Shown here: piece by piece, positions 27,380-38,800 of the stretch
Position numbering within the stretch: position 1 is the stretch's first letter
Layout of the letters: every line of letters begins with the position of its first letter
DNA from: Phyllobates terribilis
Lineage: Eukaryota
Direction: 5' to 3'
Assembly (NCBI RefSeq): GCF_046119375.1
Contig: NW_027362769.1
Location: 365,862,001-365,926,000 of the forward strand
Length of the DNA: 64,000 nt
Program-made: the position numbers and the translations under genes
Notes under the pieces: generated by a model
What the model saw: the letters and a program-made list of their open reading frames with translations, nothing else
Databases searched by the model: none
Told to the model about the DNA's origin: nothing

Positions 27380-27508
27380 CATGCATCACCCCCTTCACTG
27401 TGCAAGCCCCACAACATGCAGGCAGTCCTGTGCATAAAGCATCAGCACATTTCATGTACATCATCTTCCCCCCCTTCCCTGTGCAAGACCCACAACATAC
27501 TGCATTAA

Positions 27509-27962
27509 AGGGGTTATCCGCTCCTAGGGCAAACCCTTTTCATATTCCACGCTTGGCCCAGATAAAATAAAAAAGCCTATGCTCAGCTCTGATGCCGTTT
27601 CAGCGGTGTCGGTACGAGTGGTCTCTGGGCTCCCGTGCGGTTGTTGTGACACGTGACCCCGGCGACCAGTCAGCGCTGGCGTCACTGTCCCCACCTTCGT
27701 ACAAATCGAACATCAACAGGAAGTCAGGGCTGTGGCTGATCTCAGACTTCCTCTTCATGTTCAGTTTGTACGAAGGTGGGAACAGTGACGCCAGCGCTGA
27801 CTGGGTGCTGGGGTCACGTGACACAACAACCGCACGGGAGCCCAGAGCCCGCTCGTACGGACACCGCTGAAACGGCATCAGAGCTGAGTATAGGCTTTTT
27901 TATTTTATCTGGGCCAAGCGTGGGGTATGAACAGGGGTTGTTCTAGCAGTGGACAATCCCTT
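27509..27962. mobile_element. Palindromic T2/Kolobok-type MITE
   Basis: Left end TTAA-AGGGGTTATCC; ~200-bp near-perfect inverted arms (27592-27870 mirrors itself); right TTAA is not preserved. Confidence 0.7.
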
Positions 27963-28494
27963 CCCTGTGAAAGGCCCCACAACATCCAGCACATGTATGC
28001 ATCACTACCCTCTATGTGCAAGACCCTCAACATCACACCTTTAGTTATGTAAGCCCTCACAACCTGCAGAACTGTGCACATTCTGTGTGCAAGACCCACT
28101 ACATGCAACCCTCATGTAGCAACCTGATCCACATTTTTATGCCCCCAAAACACAGTATCAGACCATTTACACTTTGTCCTATACATAAAAACTAAATACA
28201 TAATTTCTGTCTCCACACTGACCACTTATGCAGCTCCTCAGCCCTCCTAGGATCTGTAGTGAAGCATCACCTCATATACAGCAGCCTCAGCAGCACTACG
28301 CTGCTTCCTGGTATCGGTGGGGACTGAACTGGAGGAGACACCGTCCCTTCCAATCGCATCATCACCTCCCGGGAGAAACTCCATTTTAGACACTCCCAGA
28401 GTGAGCAGCGTTGTCCCAGACTGCCAGTGGGCCCCTCTGTTAGTCCAGGGCCCCGGCACTTGCCCGGGTGCGCAGGGAGGTGACGCCAGCCCTG

Positions 28495-31217
28495 ATACAC
28501 ACCCTCTCAACGAATACTCGGCAGCCTTTGAAAGCTTCCAGCATAATGTAATTACCGAAATACGTACACTCAGTGATAAAAGATGCACAAAACGGAAAAA
28601 TAATCTAAGCATGGCTAAACGAAAGGCAATAAAATCCCTACAAAACAACCATGACATAATCATACGCCCTGCAGATAAAGGAGGAGGCCTCGTCATCATA
28701 GATAGCAAACATTATCAAAATGAGGCACTAAGGTACTTGCTAACGACCCTACCTCTACCTACTATAACAAATAGAGACAACTTACCAAAAAGGGACTAGA
28801 AGCAGGTTTTATGAATAAAGCAGAATTTGACTATATTAACATCCGATCACCTAGATTAGCCGTGTTCTATTATCTTCCTAAGATTCACAAATCTCTTACC
28901 AATCCAAGAGGAAGACCCATCATCTCAGGGATACAGTGCCTCACTGCAAACCTTTCCAGATACATTGACAACCATCTACATGACTTGGTCCCACGCCTAC
29001 CGGCCTACATCAAGGACAGCCAACATGTACTACGCCTACTAAAACAAGTCACATGGGAGGAAAATTACATTCTCGGCACCCTTGACATCACATCACTATA
29101 TACAGTAATCCAACATAAAAAAGGATGCCAAGCGGCTCCATATTTCCTAAAAAAAACAGAATAAACTACCGGAGTACCAGATTTCATTCATCAATGAATG
29201 TATGCATTTCATTCTTTCACACAATTACTTCAAACACGGGAAGAACTACTATACCCAGCAATGGGGCACAGTGATGGGGACCAGGTTCACGCCCAGTTAT
29301 GCAAACCTATACGTCGGAAAATGGGAAGACTCCACCATCTACCCGGGTGGGTCGCTGAGATCGAACCTGGTCCTATGGCATCGCTTTATCGATGAGATCA
29401 TTTTTATTTGGTCTGGCAACCAACTCTCTCTGGACAAATTCATTGAGGAGATTAACCAGAATGACTTTACATTTTACCTCAACCACGAGTACCCAACAAA
29501 TCAATTTTCTTGACCTCAATATCCATGTACGTGATAATCAGATCCACAACTGCACTTTTACCAAACCCACAGATGCAAACAGCTACATCTCCCTGGACAG
29601 TTGCCACCTCCCTAGTTGGTTATTCAACATCCCAAAGAGCCAATTTATGCGACTTCATAGAAACTGTTCAGATACCAAATACTTTGAGGAGGAAGCAGGA
29701 GTACTAACCACCAAATTCCAAAATAAAGGATATGACCCCCATTTCCTCACCTCAACCAAAAATCTAGTAAAACAAATTCCACGTGAAAACATTCTGAAGT
29801 GCCCCACTAGAACGATTCAGGTAGCATCTAATGATTTGAATGTACCCATTATGACACCCTATAACTCAAATACACATTTACTAAAGAGAATCATTAAAAA
29901 ACACTGGAGTATCCTACAAAATGAAAAGATTATTGGTGACAAACTAGCAAAGAACCCACGCTTTATATACAAGAAAGCATGCAACCTGGGAAATCTTGTG
30001 CCACAGTCCAAAATTACCCCCCTAAAAAATGGAACCCTCTCCTTTACTAAAGATATCTGCGGCTTCTTCCCATGTCAAAAATGCACAGTATGAAAAAAAC
30101 TAAATATGAAAAAACAAAAAATAATAACCGAAAGAGACGTAACACATACCATACCAGATTTAATTACATGCACAAGAGAGGGGGTTATTTATTGCTTAAA
30201 ATGTCCGTGCAAAAAACTATACGTAGGCAGAACGAAATGCCCCATTAATGAACACCTACGGAATATCACCACTAAGTTTGACGGGCACCCACTTTCAAAA
30301 CACTATGCTGAAAAACATGGGGGTTCCATAGCAGGAACTGTGGTGACAGCTATACAAAACGTGCCAAAACAATGGTGGAAAGGTGACTACCCAAAACAAA
30401 TGTCTCGAGTTGAGAGTAAATGGATCTTTATGTTTGACTCTCTAAAACCTAGAGGCTTGAACTCAGAAATCGAACTGTTGCGATTAATGAAGATTGACGG
30501 CCAAAAAAAAGGAAAGAGAAAAAAAAAAAAGTGACAGCTACCTGCCCATTGGTAAACTCCCACCCATAGACCTATAAAAAGGACCCAGAAGTGCCTAGGG
30601 ATCAGCTCTGAAGAAGGAAACCGGAGTTTCTGAAACGCATCAGCCTTTCTGATCCCCCTAGGCCACCGTACCGGTACTCACCTACGTGACGTCACACAGG
30701 TCCTCAAGCTGCCAGTGTGCACAAGCGCGCAGGTTCTCTTCTGCACCGCCGAGTGCCGATAAACACAGAGATTGGTGAGAGCGGCGGGTCTCTGGCCGGG
30801 ACCCTGCACCTCCCCTCTCTGCACCATGCCACAAGCGCTCATTCATATAGTGGAGGAAGCTTCTTCTGCCACACGGACCGGCAGCCACACAGGTCCACTG
30901 ACATTGGAGGTCCACAACTGACAAGAAGAGTGCAAATTAACTTTTCTCCATATAAGGGGGACCCTCCTACCTGGTCATCAAAAGACCCTCCAGGAAGCTC
31001 ATAACTGCCTCTCAACCAGGAAAAACTTCTAGGGCTCCCATTATGACTATCTTCCCTCCTCCCATTGCTTTTAGCCTACTAGCCAACTTTTAAAACAATG
31101 ATTTTTAACTTCTCGTAACCTACGTATTTGATAAAATTGGTCATTTTTAACATCTTCATTGTTATTTCTTGCCACATACCCTATACACTAGCGCAAGTTG
31201 TTTTATATATTTTTTAT
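28495..31217 (+). mobile_element. Penelope-like element, 3' part (fragmented RT, GIY-YIG endonuclease, pLTR)
   Basis: IIIRPADKGGG, FYYLPKIHK..RPIIS, LDITSLYT, GTVMGT, WHRFIDEI, FLDL, CGFFPCQKC, GVIYCLKCPCKKLYVGRT spread over several frames. Confidence 0.9.
30591..30667 (+). ncRNA. Putative type I hammerhead ribozyme in the PLE pLTR
   Basis: Core CTGAAGA (30608-30614); stem II GAAAC/GTTTC; GAAA (30632-30635); ATC triplet (30639-30641); closing stems GCT/AGC and GGGATCA/TGATCCC. Confidence 0.65.
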
Positions 31218-31476
31218 CTTGAAAACGTCAGACAACTGTGGTAGTTGTCCTCTCTTGCAGCAGATATAGGTCTTAACCATTAGCGCCACCATTCCATTGA
31301 ATAATGTTAGTGTAAGCTTATACACCAGTAGGATGTTATTTAATTATTATACTCCTGGTGTGTAGGGAACTAAGCCGGTATCTTTGCCGACAGTTGATGG
31401 TTGAGTTATTCAGCCATCATCCGCCTGCAACAGTCTTGAGAGGAGCTTAACTTCTTCAGTCTATCACAGTGATGCA

Positions 31477-32358
31477 GGCTATGTGTCCACGATGCAGAAA
31501 TGCTCCAGATTTTTTCCTGAAAGTTTCTACATCTCCCTGGCAGAAAAAACACATGCGGATTGTACATGCGTTTTTCCTGCCAGGGACAAGCGGATGTGAA
31601 GCGTTCTTCACATGTATTTCCACATGCGAGTTGTCAATCGCTTTCCAAGCGATTTTAGCATCACCTGGAAAGTGCTTGACAACTTGGTCACACTATATAA
31701 ATCCACGCAGCCGGCATAGATTTATATAGTGTGACCGAAAGAATGTTAAAAAATAAAAAATAAATTTATACTTACCTTCTGATGGCCCCCGGAGTCTTTA
31801 TTCGATGCGTCTCGGCTTGCCGGCGGCTCGCGGTGCACTGAAAGGACCTGCCAACGTCAGCGGTCGCGTGACCCGTCACATGACTAAATGACGTCATGGC
31901 ATGTCCTTGAGTCCACCGCGATCTGCCGGCAAGCCAGAACAAAGACACCGGGGGCCATCAGAAGGTAAGTATAATGTTTATTTTTTCATTTTATTCTTTT
32001 TTTTTACAGGTTCTATGGTACCTGGGTCTGGAGGAGAGTCTCCTGTGCTGCACACCCGGGTAACATCCGCACATTGAAACGCATGGAATCCGCATGTACA
32101 GATCCAGTGATGTGGAATCCAAGCGTTCCAGTGCAAGTCAATGGCGGTGAAAATACAGCTCTTTCGCAAAATAATTGGTAGTGCTGCGTTTTTTTCCGCA
32201 ATGATAATCGGCAGCAGAAATTTCCGCAGCATGTGCACAACACATGCGGATAATCGTTGGGGACCATGGCAGACCTTCTATCAAGCGTTTTTTAAGCGTT
32301 TCTGCAGCGGAATTGCCATTGCGGGAACGCTTAAAAAACGCATCGTGGGCACAAAGAC
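31477..32358. mobile_element. Probable Harbinger-type MITE
   Basis: Imperfect TIRs GGCTATGTGTCCACGATGC / GCATCGTGGGCACAAAGAC and an internal inverted repeat at ~31771-31968; TSD unclear. Confidence 0.45.
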
Positions 32359-33153
32359 TCAGAACGTGTGATGGGCAGTTTGAATAGGGGTGTCATGAAA
32401 GCAAGGGGTCTGCTGAAGACCCTCATATCTGTCATGTTTGCACGTCTATATAAGCCAGCTCACGGCTGATGTTCACAGGTAACCATGGCTATAGCTATAT
32501 ACTATAGCTGTATACAGCGCTGTGCATAGTACAGGCAAACAGATGATCACAGGGTGGAATCACTTCCCAATTACTCCCGTTTAAATCAGAGAAACTTAAA
32601 AAATAAAAAAACACACATATGTGGTATTAATATATTTGTAAAATTGTTCTTTCAGTGTTCAGTGGAATTTTCAGTAAAGACCTGGTTAATTCTCATTGAA
32701 GAGCACTACATCCTGAGTTTTTTTTTTGTTGTTGAGTTTTTGCTCTTCAAATCTGTTATGTTGTGTGTCCTTGGTGGTTTTGTATTCATGTTATAAAAAT
32801 ATATTCATTTTCATTTATGATTGTCAGGTTATTTCTCCAACTATGAATTTCATTGATTAGATTTCTCCACCATGATCTGGAAAGGTGATGACAATATTTG
32901 GGATATTTCTCTTCACAGGGAAATAAGTTACATAGAGTAGAAGCTGGAAAGAACTGCAGAAACTGCACAATGAACGGGAAATTCAAACTCCCCAGCAGTT
33001 CAGTGTTCAGCCAATCAGCAGAGGAAGGAGGAGCTAATGTAGATTCTGTAAGACCCGCCCTGGAAACGCGTCACCTCTGCAGTCTTCTCTCTGGTCCACC
33101 CATCCGCTAAAAAAAAGAAGAGTCCGTGGGGCTTCGTCACAGTTTTCAGCTGA

Positions 33154-33474
<321 letters not shown>

Positions 33475-34404
33475 TTGTATTTGTGACACCCCAGGGGTCT
33501 GGTTGTCACAGTGATAGAGATATTACGTCTGAGAGCAGGTGGGAGGTCCTTTGGTCAGGGATCCTGTGCATGCCACACCTCCTGCCCAGCCTTGGGAGGG
33601 GAAGAACTTCCCCTGTATAAACCCGGGGCTGAGGCAGAGTGATTGAGTCCAGGAAGAGCAGAGACAAGAGCAGCATAGGAAGCAGCAGAGTCACAAGGAG
33701 TCAGGGGCTGGCAGCTAAAGAGCTCGCCCTGACTAAGAAGATTCTTTACCGGACCCGGAGTCCGAGGCTGTGGGGACTAACTTCTACCCAGCAGCAGAAT
33801 CCGTCAGGCAGGGGATTTCAGGTCCCCTGGCCCAGAAGCCCGAAGGCCCCGAGTCACCGGCCATACGGGTGAGCACCACACGGTACACTCAGGGACGTGG
33901 GCTACTTACATCAGCTTCTAGCAAGGTAGCCAGAAGAGTACAGTCAGCTTGGGAGGCCTACAACTACGCCTGGCCAGGGGAGATCCCATCTGCTCAAGGA
34001 CTGACCAGGCCCCGTTCGCTAGCAAGTACTCCGGGAGGGTCTATCGTTGTTATCAGTAAAGACCCTGAACGCTACCATACCGTCTCTGAGTGGTTCCTGC
34101 TACCCCCATCATCCACGTCGGCTGCCCTGAGGCCATACCCCTCCCGTTGGGGGTTATACTATCACGCTGCACCATCCTTCCACCGGCCTCAGCGGTCTGC
34201 CCTGCAGCAGCAGCCCCCTGGCTGCATTCAACGGGTGGCGTAGTCATCAACCGTTTTCTACCGCTAACAGACTGCCGTCCAGTTTGACTCCCTGGGCACG
34301 GACCGGGTCACCGCCACGAGACTACAACCCTAAACAGATCCGGCTCCGGGTAAGCTCCCGCGTGCGCAACGCAGCGCGACACAGGCCCAGGGGCGCGTCA
34401 ACTT

Positions 34405-34422
34405 TGGCGTAGTCGGCAGGAT
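34405..34422 (+). promoter_or_regulatory. PBS (tRNA-Ser) of A1
   Basis: TGGCGTAGTCGGCAGGAT begins after a 4-nt spacer (ACTT) following the LTR's terminal CA. Confidence 0.88.
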
Positions 34423-34862
34423 CACGTGCCCGCAACCACCGGGTACTGCGTGCCTGAAAAGCAAAGACTGTTCAAACTTACCAGTGGTGAAGATTCCCGC
34501 CATCGGTGAAGATTCCCGCCATCCGGCGCCATCTTCAGCCTTCTTCCCGCCATCGGTGAAGTTTCCCGCCATCCGGCGCCATCTTCAGCCTTCTTCCCGC
34601 CATCCGTGGAGTTTTCCCGCCATTGGACGCCATCTTGAGGACGCCGCGCGGGAAGAAGAGGGGCGTGGACTCCGAAAGCGCGCGAGAACTGAAGCCCCGC
34701 CTCACGTCCGGACGTTGCGTAAGGTCCTGGAAGGAGCCCAGCAGACGCCGACGTCACAGGAGCGCGACGGAAGGTCCTCAACCCTGACGATCCACTGCGG
34801 AGCCGCGGCCTACGGAAGAGGATCATCGCAAGGTAGGCCACGGTCCACTAGGGGGGAGGAAG

Positions 34863-35843
34863 ATGTCGGATACGGAGGAGAGCTTCACTACCTCGACCCC
34901 CGCCAGCGCCACCGCTGCTGCAGTTATGCCCTTCACCATGCCATATATCCCGGGAGCAGCTTGGCTACCCCAGTACTCAGGGGAGTCACATACCCTGCAT
35001 GACTTTAGAGAAAAGCTGGATAGCCTCTTCCAGGTGTACCCCCTCACAGAAGAGCAAAAAGTGAGCATCCTGGTGGCCCAACTAATCGGGGCAGCCAAAA
35101 GAGAAGTAAAATCTTGGCCACCTGGGAGGAGGACTGTCGCAGAGATACTAACCCGGCTGAGGGACACCTTCGATACCCGCACCTCAGCCGAGATCAAGCT
35201 TAGATTCTACGGGTGCAAGCAGCGAGCGCATGAGAGTATAAGGGACTATGCACTAAACCTACAAGAGGCCCTGAGGGCCATAAAGCAGACCGACCCTGAT
35301 GGGGTGGGAAACGAGGACAGGCTGTTGACTGAACAATTTATAGAGGGTTTATATTGCAATGCCCACCGAACCCAGTTGCGGGCAATGGCCTTACAGGATC
35401 CCCATCTGGACTTTGCACAGTTCAAGGATAGAGCTATCCGGGTGCTCCGAGAACCAGCACCGGGTGGCGTTGTGACCCACAGGCGCCCAGCTATTACTTA
35501 CCACCAGGAGGCGGCGCCCTTGTCGGCAGGGCCTGTGGGAGCTGATGCGCAGGCTTTGGACAATGACCCGGCTCCAGACCTACACCATCAGGTCCAAGAG
35601 CTAGTTAAGAGCGTTGCTGCGCTAACCCGAACTGTGCAGTCTTTACAGGTTTCCACTCCAGGGAAGATCCAGCTGGCATCCGGACCGGAGGACATCCCGT
35701 GGCGTCGACCAAGGAGGACCCCACCGGCCAGAGGAAGACCCAGTGACCGATACAGCGAGGACGGACGACCCATCTGCCGCCGCTGCAATCAACCCGGACA
35801 TATGGAAAGGTACTGTTCTTTAAACGGGCACAACCTGGGGTAG
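34863..35843 (+). CDS. gag: A1 Gag with CCHC zinc knuckle
   Basis: 326-aa open ORF ending in CRRCNQPGHMERYC. Confidence 0.92.
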   Translation: MSDTEESFTTSTPASATAAAVMPFTMPYIPGAAWLPQYSGESHTLHDFREKLDSLFQVYPLTEEQKVSILVAQLIGAAKREVKSWPPGRRTVAEILTRLRDTFDTRTSAEIKLRFYGCKQRAHESIRDYALNLQEALRAIKQTDPDGVGNEDRLLTEQFIEGLYCNAHRTQLRAMALQDPHLDFAQFKDRAIRVLREPAPGGVVTHRRPAITYHQEAAPLSAGPVGADAQALDNDPAPDLHHQVQELVKSVAALTRTVQSLQVSTPGKIQLASGPEDIPWRRPRRTPPARGRPSDRYSEDGRPICRRCNQPGHMERYCSLNGHNLG

Positions 35844-35877
35844 AGGGCCAACCCCCAGGAAAAAGATCACCAGGCCC
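35819..35877 (+). promoter_or_regulatory. -1 ribosomal frameshift signal (slippery heptamer plus predicted pseudoknot)
   Basis: T TTA AAC in the gag frame; stem CCTGGGG/CCCCAGG; loop GGGCC pairs with downstream GGCCC; pol lies in the -1 frame and is open from the slip site. Confidence 0.85.
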
Positions 35878-35899
35878 ATCGAACTGGCGCGACAGATAT

Positions 35900-38800
35900 G
35901 TGGGAGGACGTCCAGTCTTGCCTGTGGTACTGGATGGCATTCCCATGAGTGCCCTACTGGACACCGGGTCACAGGTCACCACCATCCCGTACGTGCTCTT
36001 CAAGCAGTACTGGAATGACTCGGATATTACCCGCTACCCTGACGACGACTTGAGTATCATCGCCAGCAATGGTCAGCCCGTGCCACAGATCGGATTTAAA
36101 GAGGTGACCATCAAAATTGGTAGAGTCGAACTGGCCGCACAGGGACTGATCATTGTAGACATTGACAAACATGAGAGTCACCCAAAGATAACTCTAGGAA
36201 CTAATGTAATTGAAAATTGTCTTGCAGAGGTGATTTTCCTTTTACAGCAGGTTGCCAAGAATGCCAGCTCCGGCGAGCAGCGGGTGCTCCAGAAAGAGAT
36301 CCGGGCACTGATGCAACGGCAACAAGTGGAACTCTCCGGCGGTGAGATTGGTAGCGTAAGAATGTGTGACCCTTTTCCTATTGCCATGCCCCCAAAAAGT
36401 GAAATGATGATTTGGTGCCGGGCAGCTATTGGTCTGAGAGGTAGAGATTACCAGGCAATGGTAGAACCAGTTTACTCAGATAGTAGGCCCACCATTTTGA
36501 CAGCACGGGGGGTGGTCAATGTACGCCATGGGAGGGTGCCCGTTCGCATAATAAATATCGGGGAGAGGGAAGTGTACCTGCCCCGGTATGCCACGCTAGC
36601 CAAATTATATACCACTAATCAAAATTCTATACAATTTGTGGAACCCTTGCCTCCATCTCACCCGGAGGAAGGTAACGGCTCTAAGAAAGACATGGAGGAC
36701 TGGTGTCAGCAACTACATCTGGGTACTGACTCCACTCCCTCACACCAGAAACAAGGAGTCTATCGGGTGGTTCAAGAGTATGAGAGAGTGTTTAGTAAAC
36801 ACCCGTTAGACTTCGGGCGAGTCAAGGGGGTAGAACACCGCATCCCCACGGGAGATCATCCTCCCATAAAAGAGAGGTATCGACCCGTACCCCCTGCACA
36901 TTACCAACACGCCAAGGGGATGCTTAGAGACATGAAGGAGGCTGGGGTAATCCGGGATAGCTGTAGCCCCTGGGCAGCCCCACTAGTTTTAGTCAAAAAG
37001 AAAGACAACACCATGAGGATGTGTGTAGATTACCGGAAAATCAACCGTATCACACACAAGGATGCGTACCCCTTACCAAGGATAGAGGAGTCATTGGCTG
37101 CTTTAAGATCTGCTAACTTCTTCTCTACCTTGGATCTCACTAGCGGGTACTGGCAGGTTCCTGTAGCAGAGGCAGACCGGGAGAAGACTGCATTCACCAC
37201 CCCGATGGGACTTAGTGAGTTCACCTGCATGCCGTTCGGACTCTGCAACGCCCCAGGAACCTTCCAACGATTAATGGAGTGCTGTCTGGGCCACAGAAAC
37301 TTCGAGACGGTCCTGTTGTACCTGGACGATGTCATCGTATACTCCAAAACTTACGAGGACCACCTGAAACACCTGGCGGAGGTGTTCGAAGCTCTGGCGA
37401 GTTATGGCCTAAAGGTGAAACCCTCCAAGTGTCACCTCCTGAAACCAAAGGTGCAATACCTGGGACACGTGGTGAGCGCTGACGGAGTGGCTCCCGACCC
37501 CGATAAGATCACCGCAATTAAGGGATGGCCAAGCCCCTCCAGCGTAAAAGAAGTGCGGCAGTTCCTAGGGTTGGTAGGCTACTACCGAAGGTTTATTCCC
37601 GGTTTCACCAAAAAGGCAGCGCCTATGCAGGACCTCCTGATAGGCCAGTCCCGGAAGGCCAAGAACCAGAAGCCGCCCTTCAAATGGGAAGAGCTAGAAG
37701 AAGAGTCCTTCCGCCAGCTGAAGATGGCCCTCACGGGGGATGAAATCTTGGCGTACCCAGACTATAGCCAGCCCTTCATCCTCTACACCGACGCCAGTAA
37801 CATCGGGCTAGGAGCCGTACTATCCCAGATTCAGCAGGGGAGAGAACGAGTGATCTCCTATGCCAGCCGAAAACTGCGACCCACCGAAAGGAACCCCGAG
37901 AATTACAGCTCATTTAAGCTAGAGTTCCTGGCCGTGGTATGGGCAGTCACCGAGCGCTTTAGGCATTACCTCGCTTCTTCCCGGTTCACCGTATACACGG
38001 ATAACAACCCGTTGATACACCTGGACACGGCAAGACTCGGTGCCCTGGAGCAGAGGTGGATGGCCCGTCTGTCCAACTACGAGTTTACAATTAAATACCG
38101 GGCAGGGCGCTCCAATACCAACGCGGACGCCCTGTCCAGGATGCCCAACCTGCCGGACGGAGGAGAAGATCCGGAGGGACTGGAAGAAGTTGAACTCCCT
38201 GCGTTCCACCGTCATGGGACTATCCAGTATTCCCACCGGGTAAGGAGTAAGCAGGCTGCTACGTTGAACCCCTTACCTCACTACAACTGGGCGGAAACGC
38301 AAGACAGCGACCCTGCCGTCCGACTGGTGAAGGAGATGCTGACTCGCCCGGAGGCTAGCCTGGAATCAGACGCTCCAGAGGAAGCCAAACAACTATGGGC
38401 AGAGAAGAGTCGACTGTTCCTTTACAAGGGGAAGTTGTGCCGCAGAATGGTTAACTCCAGGACGCATGAACTACTCTGGCAAGTAGTGGTGCCACGAAGA
38501 GACGCAGCCATGGTGATGGAGGCATACCACGACGGAGCTGGACACTTCGGGTGGAAAAAGCTGGAGTTCCTGCTGCGCGAGCGGTTCCACTGGGTAGGCA
38601 TGAGGGGAACCATCGAGAAGTGGTGCAGAGTCTGTGGCCCGTGCAATCTGAGAAGGAAGGACCGGGCCAGCCAGAAGACTCCCCTGCAGTCCATCGTCAC
38701 CCGGCAACCGTTGGAACTGGTGGCCTTGGATCATGTAAAACTGACCCCCAGCAGAAGTGGCTACGTCTACGCGTTAACCATCGTGGATCATTACTCCCGG

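Larger units (their letters stand above)
13051..28494. mobile_element. Non-autonomous hAT element inflated by nested insertions
   Basis: Imperfect TIRs CAGGGCCGGC / GCCAGCCCTG and a perfect 8-bp TSD ATACACAC (13043-13050 and 28495-28502). Confidence 0.88.

Noticed and set aside
33506-34287. ORFs inside A-family LTRs (also 40343-41124, 47827-48764, 63464-63933) and D LTRs (15924-16550, 26546-27172)
   Set aside because: No recognisable domains, and they are not preserved as a common protein between A1 and A2; recurrence reflects LTR duplication.
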